Positions 18,462 through 27,413 of a DNA stretch of 64,000 nucleotides are shown here, piece after piece. The DNA lies in assembly GCA_963662285.2 (NCBI GenBank), contig CAXXMV010000002.1, positions 128,001 through 192,000 on the forward strand, written 5' to 3'. The notes below the pieces were generated by a model, which was given only the letters and a program-made list of their open reading frames with translations, did no database searches and was not told the origin of the DNA. This DNA is from a bacterium (GTDB taxonomy: Bacteria; Hinthialibacterota; Hinthialibacteria; Hinthialibacterales; Hinthialibacteraceae). Every line of letters starts with the position of its first letter. Position 1 is the first letter of the stretch. Both the position numbers and the translations under genes were made by a program.

Positions 18462-19571
18462 ATGAAACGACGAACCAAAAATCTAATCATAGAAGCCTTC
18501 ATCGTTGGCATCATATTAACCGCGCTTACAATATTAATAATTCCAAAATTCCTCGCCGCGCAAAACATCAACACCCTCAAACATTTCCCCGATACGAATT
18601 TTCGACGTGCGGTTGAGAATTTCATGGGTGTAAAACAATTCACTGCGGAAGAAGCAAGCAAGAAGAAAGGCTCTTTCTATTGTTTACAAAAGAATATTCA
18701 CGATATGACCGGGATAGAATATTTCCCAAGTATTAACCATATTGATTGCCAGGCGAACCAGATCGAAAAGCTTGATCTGTCCAAAAACAGGGATTTGTTT
18801 GTTTTACAATGTTGTAGTAACAGACTTAAAAATTTAGATATTTCACAAAATTTTCTGTTACAAGAAATTACCTGTTATGATAATAAATTAGAACATATTG
18901 ATGTTTCTAATAATAAAAATTTAACCCGCCTTTCTATCTTTGATAACAACATAAAGGAATTAGATTTATCGCAAAACCGTAAATTAAATATTCTACAGTG
19001 TACAAGAAATAATCTTAGAAAAATTGATCTAACAAACAACCCCAATCTTGCCCATTTCGATATTAATGGTAATGAAATTTATGAAATCAATCTAAAAGAG
19101 AATATAGTATTAAATAGTTTTTCATGCAGTGACAATAAACTAACAAGCCTCGTATTAGATAATCAAAAAAAGTTACGCTCTCTGAATTGCAACAACAATC
19201 AAATAACAAAATTAGATCTCCGCAATAATCCAAAATTAAAATCTCTTGAATGCAACCAAAACCAGATCACTGAAATATTGTTACCTGATAAGTGCAACCT
19301 ACTGACCGTGAAATGCGCAAATAACCAACTAGAAGACCTCTCTGAGTTGCTTAAATTAAAATTCTTCCAATACCTGGATATCCGTCACAACAATCTGGAT
19401 ATAAAACAACTGGAGGGCGCACGGGAAATGCTGAAAAATATGTACGAGAATGGATTTGCCACTAAGGGAGTTGAATACTTGCCGCAAAAGAACGTGAGCT
19501 TTGCAGATGCGCCGGAATCATGGACCGGCGATTTAAGCTTCGAGACTGAAGTTGATGCCATTAAGCCATAA
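18462..19571 (+). CDS. LRR protein (about 11 repeats), paralog of the upstream gene
   Basis: Start moved to ATG 18462 (AAGGAG RBS, aligns with paralog); IPKFLAAQNINTLKHFPDTNF. Confidence 0.88.
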   Translation: MKRRTKNLIIEAFIVGIILTALTILIIPKFLAAQNINTLKHFPDTNFRRAVENFMGVKQFTAEEASKKKGSFYCLQKNIHDMTGIEYFPSINHIDCQANQIEKLDLSKNRDLFVLQCCSNRLKNLDISQNFLLQEITCYDNKLEHIDVSNNKNLTRLSIFDNNIKELDLSQNRKLNILQCTRNNLRKIDLTNNPNLAHFDINGNEIYEINLKENIVLNSFSCSDNKLTSLVLDNQKKLRSLNCNNNQITKLDLRNNPKLKSLECNQNQITEILLPDKCNLLTVKCANNQLEDLSELLKLKFFQYLDIRHNNLDIKQLEGAREMLKNMYENGFATKGVEYLPQKNVSFADAPESWTGDLSFETEVDAIKP

Positions 19572-19821
19572 TATCGATTAACTGACCCATACCCTGCGGA
19601 TTTAAGCGGGGTTCATCATTACCCTCCAAAGAAGAGAAATTTCGTTTTGAAGCAGATTTGCCCGCATCATCCATTTCTAACATTTCTTTGAATTTCTCAT
19701 TGATAAAACCCGATGTCTTTTGATAGTGCTCCGACAAATTCTGTTGCAGCTTATTCATCGGAACAGGCCGGTATAGCGAAGTGGAATTTGTTAATTGGTT
19801 TGAAACTGATCCTAAATCCAT
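19561..19821 (-). CDS. Small protein with YjfB-like C-terminal motif
   Basis: GAGGGA RBS; ends GMGQLIDIMA; sigma-54 promoter upstream. Confidence 0.6.
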   Translation of the reverse strand: MDLGSVSNQLTNSTSLYRPVPMNKLQQNLSEHYQKTSGFINEKFKEMLEMDDAGKSASKRNFSSLEGNDEPRLNPQGMGQLIDIMA

Positions 19822-19855
19822 GATAATCCCTCAATAATTTATTATCATGAAGCAA

Positions 19856-19872
19856 AGCAACCAGTGTGCCAA
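19856..19872 (-). promoter_or_regulatory. Sigma-54 (-24/-12) promoter
   Basis: Minus strand reads TTGGCAC-ACTGG-TTGCT, matching TGGCAC-N5-TTGC, 35 bp upstream of the ATG. Confidence 0.75.
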
Positions 19873-20096
19873 CGATATAACATAAATAAAAACAGTAACT
19901 TATACGACAATATCCCTGCATTAATACCCTGCATCAGGCATATATTTCCTTTTGTCATGAATTTGATGGAAAAATTTCCCTTATTTGCATTAATTTCTTT
20001 GTTCCACTGGAAAAGTAAGGCCTAAATGAGTTATCTTCTTAAACGATATATTTAGTAAATTTGTTATTTATATAGAAGCGTTTATGGAGGATTATC

Positions 20097-21653
20097 TTGG
20101 AAACAGTCGGCATTCGTGGTTTAGACCTTGCAGCTCTCGTTATATATTTCGTGGTAACAATCGGTATTGGTTGTTGGTGCTCGATAAAACTGAAAACAAC
20201 CGAAGGTTACTTTGTGGGAGGAAGAAAAATCCCCGGATGGGCGGTCGGCATATCCATGCTGGGAACCGCCATCAGTTCCGTAACATTCCTGGCCTACCCG
20301 GGTTCCGCTTTCCAGGGGAATTGGAGCAAACTTGTTCCGGGCCTTACCTTGCCTATTGCCGCAGTAGTCGGAGTCTATGTATTTGTACCTTTTTATCGAA
20401 GAATAAAATTGGTCAGCGCTTTCGAATATGCTGAAAGGCGCTTCGGAGCATGGGCCAGAGTTTATGGATGCATAACCTGGGCGCTCAACGCTGCATATAG
20501 AATGGGCATAATCCTCTTCCTGGTATCGCTCCTGGTAAGAAAAATGACCGGCTACGACCTATACACCACAATCATTGTAATGGGCATACTGGTAACCATT
20601 TATACCGTAATGGGCGGTATAGAAGCGGTTATCTGGACGGACGTAATCCAAACCATCGTGCTCTTGATGGGGGGTTTGTTGTGTATCGTTATTGTATTTT
20701 TTCAGATTCCCGGAGGCGTCGGGGCTGTTTTCTCTCAAGCAATTGAGGGACAGAAATTCAATCTGACGGTAAACTGGGAAATGTCTCTCTATATGGAAAC
20801 CGTTTGGGTGCTTATGTTATATGGCCTATTCCAGAACTTACAGGAATTCGCCTGTGATCAAACTAAAATCCAACGCTACTGCGCCGCCTCAAGTGAAAGA
20901 GGCGCCAAGAACTCGGTTTGGATCGGTGGTATTGGATGCATCCCAGTTTGGATTATTTTTATGTTTGTTGGCACATCAATCTGGGCTTTTTATCAGTCAA
21001 ATCCAACTTTGTTACCCAGCGGCATCATGCCGGATGACGTTTTTCCTCATTTTATTTTAACCCAGTTGCCGGCGGGATTGTCGGGATTGGTTATTGCCGC
21101 ATCACTGGCGGCCGCCATGTCGTCTATTGATTCATGCATGAACGGCGTCTCTACCGTGCTTACAACCGATATCTACCAACGTTTTATGAGCAAGAATAGA
21201 GATGACAGCCATTACTTAACTATAGCCCGGTTAATCACTGGTCTCTCCGGCGTTCTGATGATCTCTGCATCATTGTTTTTAGCCTGGATTGTTACCAATG
21301 AAGTAATTGAACTAGAATCCATTCTCGGCCTGGGATTCTTCATATATTCAGTTCTAGCGTGTGGCGTTGGTGGATTGTATTTCCTCGGTTTCTTTACTGT
21401 TTCATCAAACAGCAAAGGCGTTATGGTTGGAATCGCTTTGGCCATGATAATCACAATCTGGATGCTGATAAGCGAATTAGGATTTTTACCCAAATTCGCC
21501 GAAAGCCAATTCCACAGATTAACCATTAATGTATTCAGTAATGTCGCTTCTTTTGTTGTTGGATATTTATTCAGCTACTTATTCGAGGCGCCAAGAGAAG
21601 AACAACTAAAAGGTCTAACCGTATGGACCAATAAAGACGAAGCTGTAAATTAG
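20097..21653 (+). CDS. Sodium:solute symporter (SSS family)
   Basis: YFVGGRKIP, ISSVTFLAYP, GGIEAVIWTD, AAAMSSIDS; TTG start with GGAGG RBS. Confidence 0.92.
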   Translation: METVGIRGLDLAALVIYFVVTIGIGCWCSIKLKTTEGYFVGGRKIPGWAVGISMLGTAISSVTFLAYPGSAFQGNWSKLVPGLTLPIAAVVGVYVFVPFYRRIKLVSAFEYAERRFGAWARVYGCITWALNAAYRMGIILFLVSLLVRKMTGYDLYTTIIVMGILVTIYTVMGGIEAVIWTDVIQTIVLLMGGLLCIVIVFFQIPGGVGAVFSQAIEGQKFNLTVNWEMSLYMETVWVLMLYGLFQNLQEFACDQTKIQRYCAASSERGAKNSVWIGGIGCIPVWIIFMFVGTSIWAFYQSNPTLLPSGIMPDDVFPHFILTQLPAGLSGLVIAASLAAAMSSIDSCMNGVSTVLTTDIYQRFMSKNRDDSHYLTIARLITGLSGVLMISASLFLAWIVTNEVIELESILGLGFFIYSVLACGVGGLYFLGFFTVSSNSKGVMVGIALAMIITIWMLISELGFLPKFAESQFHRLTINVFSNVASFVVGYLFSYLFEAPREEQLKGLTVWTNKDEAVN

Positions 21654-22274
21654 TTAACCATGCTCTATATAAACAACACGGTTAATATCAGTCTGAGTAA
21701 TAATCCCCTCCCGCAAAATTGCGGGGGGGGTTTTTCTGCAATCAACCACCGTCGATGAAGATTTCCGGGGAAGAACTCCGCAATCAATCACTAAATCGAA
21801 GGAATCCAGGAATTCGTGCATTCCCGATAGAGACCATACGGGCTTTTCACCGCTGACATTTAAGCTGGTATTGGCCAATAGAGACCCGCACTGCGATAAA
21901 ATTGATTGAACAATGTCATCCATCGGGCATCTAACGCCAACGGCGCCCTGATGGACGCAGGGGCATTCATCCTGTGCAGCAACAACAAGCGTAAGCGGCC
22001 CTGGCCAGAATTTCTCTGCTAATCTAATTGCGGCGGTGTTGGGAGATACCGCCTCTTCTGCAAAACGCTCCCACGATGGCGTAAATAGAGCAAAAGGTTT
22101 ATCATCTGGCCTCTTTTTTATGTGAGCCATTCTTTCAATCGCCGATGGAATACTTGCTGAACAGATTATTCCATAAACCGTATCGGTTGGAACGCAGACT
22201 ATCCCCCCTTCCATTATTATTTCAGCTGCTTTTTCAATAAGAGATGGATCGGGTTTAGAATTATTTGTTTTCAT
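21654..22274 (-). CDS. tsaC: L-threonylcarbamoyladenylate synthase (Sua5/YrdC)
   Basis: PTDTVYG, KKRPDDKP, FWPGPLT, TSLNVSG, STVVD, LREG. Confidence 0.9.
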   Translation of the reverse strand: MKTNNSKPDPSLIEKAAEIIMEGGIVCVPTDTVYGIICSASIPSAIERMAHIKKRPDDKPFALFTPSWERFAEEAVSPNTAAIRLAEKFWPGPLTLVVAAQDECPCVHQGAVGVRCPMDDIVQSILSQCGSLLANTSLNVSGEKPVWSLSGMHEFLDSFDLVIDCGVLPRKSSSTVVDCRKTPPAILREGIITQTDINRVVYIEHG

Positions 22275-22355
22275 GTTTTTTAGATTTATTAAAAAACGGC
22301 AGTTAGATAATGATGAAAACGACAGATGTTAGAATCTTCTGTTTACGAAAACAAT

Positions 22356-22397
22356 CCCCTCTTGAATTCTCCGCCAGTCTTGGGAGAGAGGGTTGAT
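22356..22397. repeat. REP family E2 palindrome
   Basis: CCCCTCTTGAATTCTCC...GGGAGAGAGGG; similar to 25676 and 60531. Confidence 0.75.
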
Positions 22398-22463
22398 ATT
22401 AACCACTCCCTCAAATAAATAACAGAAAATATGGTATTTACCTTTCAGGTGAAACAAGATAAA

Positions 22464-23450
22464 TCAGGATAATTGCGCATCTATAGGAAGAAAAACGCGG
22501 ATAAATTCATTTAAATATAGATCATCCAGTTTATGAGGCGTTTCTTCTTTTTTAAGAATATTAAAAGCATCAAAAGAGCTGCGTCGCTCCTGAAAAGAAC
22601 GATTAGTGCTTATCGCGTCAAACGCATCAACTATTGCGCATATTCTAGCTGACACCGGGACATCCCTTCCTTTTAATCCTGCCGGATATCCAGAACCATC
22701 CAACCGCTCGTGGTGGTATAAAATCATTTCTCTTGTTTCCTGAGTAACACCCATAAAGCCTTCTACCATTTCAAGACCTTTTTGTGGATGTTCTTTAATA
22801 ATCGCCATCTCATCTTCCGAGAGAGGTCCCGGTTTAATTAATATTTCATGATCCACTGATAATAAACCAATATCATGCAAGAGCAATCCCGGACCAAATC
22901 GCGTCAGGGCTTCTTCCTTGGATATATCCAGCGCTTTCCGGGCTAGAGCCATTCCATAAAGACAAACATTAACTGAATGGCTATAAAGATGATAATCCAT
23001 GGAAGCAAGAGTTATAAAACTATGCGCAGCATTGGGATCAGCGAAAATTACCTCAATAATATTATTCAAGACGCCTTCTGAATGCTTCATCACTTCTATA
23101 GGATCAGCTGACTTATAAACCTGCTCCATCAAATCAACTGACAAATCATAGGTTATGGAACATCGTGAATAGATTGGAACATTGGGATCGCGGATAATGG
23201 AAGCATAATTACGATTGAGGTAGCGCTCAAACTCTTCAAAATCTTCTTCGGAAACCCAAAGTTGCTTGATTTCACTCTTGGTAATATTGGTTATTACACG
23301 ATGATCAACCCTCAAAGAGCGACTAAGAAATAATATCGGCGTTTCATCTGATTCACGCTGAATATACAGGTCTATAGCAGGCACGCGTCCTTCTTGAAGC
23401 GAACTGGCCTGAATGGGATGAAATGTATCCAGAGTTACAGAATCTGACAT
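22464..23450 (-). CDS. HD-GYP domain protein (putative c-di-GMP phosphodiesterase)
   Basis: HSVNV, LLHDIG, HHERLDGSGYP, IVDAFDA. Confidence 0.9.
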   Translation of the reverse strand: MSDSVTLDTFHPIQASSLQEGRVPAIDLYIQRESDETPILFLSRSLRVDHRVITNITKSEIKQLWVSEEDFEEFERYLNRNYASIIRDPNVPIYSRCSITYDLSVDLMEQVYKSADPIEVMKHSEGVLNNIIEVIFADPNAAHSFITLASMDYHLYSHSVNVCLYGMALARKALDISKEEALTRFGPGLLLHDIGLLSVDHEILIKPGPLSEDEMAIIKEHPQKGLEMVEGFMGVTQETREMILYHHERLDGSGYPAGLKGRDVPVSARICAIVDAFDAISTNRSFQERRSSFDAFNILKKEETPHKLDDLYLNEFIRVFLPIDAQLS

Positions 23451-23565
23451 CGCCGTGCTATCCAGTCTCTTAAGAGTAATGGAAGATTGGTTTATTTGTT
23501 TCTAATATCTCCAGCAACATCTTTAATATATTATAGTTACTATAATTATGCAAGTAAAAATTTGT

Positions 23566-24450
23566 TTACACGCGAACTTTCCACTGGGATAATAATGAGT
23601 CTAATTGATCCAGATCATAAAACTGTATCTCAATGGAGCCTTTCTTTTTGCCTTTCATTTTAATATTAACTTTGGTTTGGAAGGCGGTTTCAAGACTTTT
23701 TACCAAGGCTGCTATATGGATATTCTCTTCTTTTTGGGCTGGTTTAACGGCGCTTGCTTCATTTTTTGGCGCCGGATCAGTAATCTCACGAACCAATCGT
23801 TCCGTCTCCCGAACGCTTAAAGACTCTTCAACAATCCTCTTAAAAAGAGAACTTAGCAAGGGAGAATCTTTCAGAGACAACAACGCTTTGGCATGACCAG
23901 CGGAAACCAGCCCAGCGTCAAGCGCACCTAATATTTCCGGAGGAAGTTGCAGGATGCGCAGAGAATTTGCAATTGATTCACGGCTTTTTCCAACTTTTTT
24001 AGCTATTTCTTCCTGAGTAAGAGCGAACCGGTCAGCCAGGTGCTTATATGCATAGGCTTCTTCAATAGGAGTCAGGTCGGAGCGCTGAATATTCTCAACC
24101 AGTGCAATCTCCATAACCCTTGTTTCATCAGCGTCTAACACAATACACGGAGCGCTTGGCAGTTCAGCCATTCTGGCGGCTCGCAGACGCCGTTCACCAG
24201 CCAAAACCTGATACCCATCAGAATTATCCGGCAAGGTTCTAACTAAAAGGGGCTGCAGGATGCCTTGAGAACGGATAGATTCAGCCAATTCAGCCAGTGC
24301 ATCCTCATTAAAATACTTCCTGGGCTGCATTTTGTTAGCTTCAATGAGATAGAGAGGTATTTCTTCTATCTTCTTTCCCATTTCATCAGATTCAACCGGG
24401 GCATCAGAGAGAAGGGCGGATAGGCCACGACCGAGCGCTTTTCGCTTCAT
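23566..24450 (-). CDS. parB: Chromosome partitioning protein ParB/Spo0J
   Basis: LGRGLSAL, QPRKYF, AGERRLRA, ENIQRSDL, HTH. Confidence 0.97.
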   Translation of the reverse strand: MKRKALGRGLSALLSDAPVESDEMGKKIEEIPLYLIEANKMQPRKYFNEDALAELAESIRSQGILQPLLVRTLPDNSDGYQVLAGERRLRAARMAELPSAPCIVLDADETRVMEIALVENIQRSDLTPIEEAYAYKHLADRFALTQEEIAKKVGKSRESIANSLRILQLPPEILGALDAGLVSAGHAKALLSLKDSPLLSSLFKRIVEESLSVRETERLVREITDPAPKNEASAVKPAQKEENIHIAALVKSLETAFQTKVNIKMKGKKKGSIEIQFYDLDQLDSLLSQWKVRV

Positions 24451-25222
24451 GATCAATCACTTCCTGAGCTAATTCAGAATATGCGACAGCCCCGACCGAT
24501 CCAGGATCATAAGTAATAATAGGCAATCCATGACTGGGGGCTTCGCTAAGCCGCACGCTACGCGTAATAACGGTATTAAAGACTACTTTTCCATAGGCTT
24601 GACGGATATCCTCTTCAACCTGACGGCTCAAATTAAGACGCCGGTCTGACATGGTTAACAATATTCCATCAAGCGATAATCGTGTATTAAAGTTTTGCCG
24701 GAGAAGGGTGGTTGATTTCAATATTTCCGTCAGACCCTCCAAAGCATAATATTCGCATTGAACCGGAATAATCAAAGAATCAGAGGATAAAATTGCGCAA
24801 AGAGAGAGCAGACCAAGAGATGGAGGGCAATCTATCACAATATAATCAGGTCGATTACTTTCTTCTTCATTCCACAAATAAGTTGATAATGCCCGTTTGA
24901 GAATCCATTTACTCTCTTGATCCATCCCCACCTGCCATTCAGCGGAAAGCAAATCACTATTGGCGGGAGCAACTTGCAGAGTCTCCATGACATGGGGCGT
25001 CAAGACATCAGCAAAGGGCGTTTCATCAATAAGAGTGTCATATATAGTCTTTTCGACGTTATGTTTATCGATGCCCAGGCCGCTTGAAGCGTTACCCTGA
25101 GGATCCAAGTCGATCAAAATGGTTTTTTGCTTACTATGCGCGAGACATGCCGCCAAATTGATGGCCGTTGTTGTTTTACCAACTCCGCCTTTTTGATTTA
25201 CGATGGAAATAATGCGTACCAA
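24404..25222 (-). CDS. parA: Chromosome partitioning ATPase ParA/Soj
   Basis: NQKGGVGKTT, DLDPQGN, DCPPSLG, PVQCEYYALEG; TTG start at 25222 inferred. Confidence 0.97.
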   Translation of the reverse strand: MVRIISIVNQKGGVGKTTTAINLAACLAHSKQKTILIDLDPQGNASSGLGIDKHNVEKTIYDTLIDETPFADVLTPHVMETLQVAPANSDLLSAEWQVGMDQESKWILKRALSTYLWNEEESNRPDYIVIDCPPSLGLLSLCAILSSDSLIIPVQCEYYALEGLTEILKSTTLLRQNFNTRLSLDGILLTMSDRRLNLSRQVEEDIRQAYGKVVFNTVITRSVRLSEAPSHGLPIITYDPGSVGAVAYSELAQEVIDHEAKSARSWPIRPSL

Positions 25223-25281
25223 AATATTTTCCGATCTAGATGAAAATGATGAGTCGGTAAAAAGTGAATGAAAGACGAAAC

Positions 25282-25333
25282 TCACGCTATATCTTGTATA
25301 TAAGTCTTAAGAATATCCACCAATTATTATGGC
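25282..25333 (-). promoter_or_regulatory. Tandem NrdR-box-like operator upstream of parA
   Basis: Contains TACAAGATATAGCGTGA, identical to 13186-13202. Confidence 0.55.
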
Positions 25334-25444
25334 CAAAAAAAACAGTTTTTGACTTTTTACCGTTTCGTCCAAGATGCCTGTTATTATTCAGAAAACCGCT
25401 CTAAAGCGGAGATTTCAAGTCTTGTATACGGTGAAATGGAATAT

Positions 25445-25460
25445 TGTTCCACGTGGAACA
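25445..25460. promoter_or_regulatory. parS site
   Basis: Perfect palindrome TGTTCCACGTGGAACA upstream of parA. Confidence 0.95.
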
Positions 25461-25523
25461 TCTTTAACTTATTATAATTTAGCGTATTTAGGCTTATAGT
25501 GTTCATACAATCGCTTTTCTTGG

Positions 25524-25867
25524 GTGGTTATTATCAACCCTCTCCTAACCTCTCCCAATCTTGGGAGAGGAATGCGTATCCACCCACGCGTTAGGGTGGG
25601 TCACGCTTCACCGACCCACCAAAAGAAACTGGTTTATTCGGGCGCCCATAAAAGGCGCCCATACTTTTTAAAAACTCCTCTCCCCCAAGCTGGGGGAGAA
25701 TTAAAGAGGGGTTTGTTTTCTGTTACTTTATCGTCTATTTATGGTCTTTCTTACGCAAAAGTGGTTATTATCAACCCTCTCCTAACCTCTCCCAATCTTG
25801 GGAGAGGAATGCGTATCCACCCACGCGTAGGGTGGGCTAAAAGCGATAGCGTAGCCCACCAAAACCC
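25524..25867. repeat. BIME-like mosaic of REP families E2, C, A and B with an exact 68-bp direct repeat
   Basis: 25524-25591 equals 25761-25828. Confidence 0.9.
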
Positions 25868-25914
25868 ACGACAGACTTGCAACCTACATAAATATTCTCA
25901 GGTTTATCAGAAAA

Positions 25915-26641
25915 TTATAAGGGCTGTTTTTTAATCTTCCCAGGTTTTCGGGGATATTTAACGTCTAGATTCTTTTTTTTCTCAAAAATTACCGCATTAA
26001 ACTCGCTGTCTCTTCCAGGTAATTGATATTTATAAACCTTTTGAAACTGGCAACCTAATAATTTGGCTGGGTTTTGTCGCTATTTCAGTGATATTTTCTT
26101 CGGCGCCCCTCGGTAACAACAAAATTCCGTTCTTTCTAACAAATCCCGCTGTTAACTCTAATGCTGTGGATAACGAACCTACCGCCCTCGCGACGGCTAT
26201 ATCTCCCTTTTCTCTATATAGTTCACTATGAGCCGCGTCCTCCGCCCTACTGTTGATTATATAACAATTATCCAACCTAAGATCTATTATTACCTGTTCT
26301 ATGAAATCGCTTTTTTTGCGGTTTGATTCAACCATGTTTACGCTAATGTCTGGTCTTAGCATGTTGAACAATAAGCCGGGTAGACCCGCCCCTGATCCTA
26401 TATCATATATTACGCATGCTTGAGGAGGATCAATAATATCCAAGAGTTTGATCGCGTCTATCAGGTGAAAATCGACAAAATCTTCAACTTTATTATATCC
26501 AGTGAGGTTTATCTGCTCGTTCTTAGATAGCAGCGTATAGAAATAATCGCCGATCAATGCTCTTGATTGATCCCTGAGCTCTATTGACCGGCGATTTAAT
26601 GAATCTTCAAAAGTATTGTTAAAATCAGTTTTTTTAATCAT
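25915..26641 (-). pseudogene. rsmG: 16S rRNA m7G527 methyltransferase RsmG with a one-base frameshift near 26070 (real or assembly error)
   Basis: INLTG, DIGSGAGLPG, ARAV; canonical C-terminus KYPRKPGKIKKQPL* lies in another frame ending at 25915. Confidence 0.85.
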
Positions 26642-26643
26642 GT

Positions 26644-27378
26644 TCAGAACAATAGGTTATCTAAACCGTATATAAGCCCTTTTCTTTTCATCATTTCCCT
26701 TACGCCTAGAAGGATTCCCGGCATAAAGCAGCCTCTATTAAGTGAATCATGCTTTAGGGATAAGGTTTGTCCTTCACCACCGAATAATACTTGTTGATGA
26801 GCCAAAAGCCCAGGCAACCTGACGCTATGAACCGCGATTCCACCATAAAACTCTCCACGGGCGGGAGGTTCGGATGTTCCACGTGGAACATTACTGTTTC
26901 CACGGGCTTTTTCTATCAATTCAGCGGTTTTTATGGCTGTTCCCGATGGAGCATCTTTCTTGGCCGGGTGATGCAACTCAATGATCTCTACATCAGGCAT
27001 GTGTTTAGCAATAATCTGGCTGCAATGCATCATTAACACGGCGCCTATCGAAAAATTTGGAGCGATTAATATGGCTGGGCTTTTGTTTTCCGCCTTTTTG
27101 GTTAGTTCTTCTATTTGTTCTGCGGTAAAGCCCGTTGTTCCAATAACGCCGCCAGCTGCTGAATTGAGTATTATTTGGGCATTATCATAGGCGCATGATG
27201 GCGCGGTCAAGTCGACCACGATATTTGCCTGGGTTGATTTAATCTCTTTTGCTAAATCATCTCCCAGATCGGTTTGACCAACTAATTCCATATCTGGCGC
27301 GTTATTTACTGCATTAATGGCTTCGGCGCCCATTTTTCCCTTGGCGCCGTTTACTATTACTTTTACTACTTGCGTCAT
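26644..27378 (-). CDS. dapB: 4-hydroxy-tetrahydrodipicolinate reductase
   Basis: GAKGKMG, GTTG, APNFSIG, ELHHPAKKDAPSGTA. Confidence 0.96.
   Translation of the reverse strand: MTQVVKVIVNGAKGKMGAEAINAVNNAPDMELVGQTDLGDDLAKEIKSTQANIVVDLTAPSCAYDNAQIILNSAAGGVIGTTGFTAEQIEELTKKAENKSPAILIAPNFSIGAVLMMHCSQIIAKHMPDVEIIELHHPAKKDAPSGTAIKTAELIEKARGNSNVPRGTSEPPARGEFYGGIAVHSVRLPGLLAHQQVLFGGEGQTLSLKHDSLNRGCFMPGILLGVREMMKRKGLIYGLDNLLF
26875..26890. promoter_or_regulatory. parS site inside dapB
   Basis: Second perfect TGTTCCACGTGGAACA. Confidence 0.9.
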
Positions 27379-27413
27379 TTTATTTCCTCCTGTTCAATTA
27401 GGCTTGCATTATA

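Noticed and set aside
16983-19571. Diversity-generating retroelement acting on the LRR genes
   Set aside because: No reverse transcriptase and no TR/VR pair with adenine-specific differences seen
20084-20434. 116-aa ORF overlapping the symporter start, and the many antisense ORFs inside long genes
   Set aside because: Shadow frames of well-supported CDSs; the symporter TTG start has a GGAGG RBS
25524-25934. 136-aa ORF with an internal repeat (also ORFs at 10986, 15839, 33026, 58309, 62356)
   Set aside because: These are translations of REP clusters, with no RBS or family motifs
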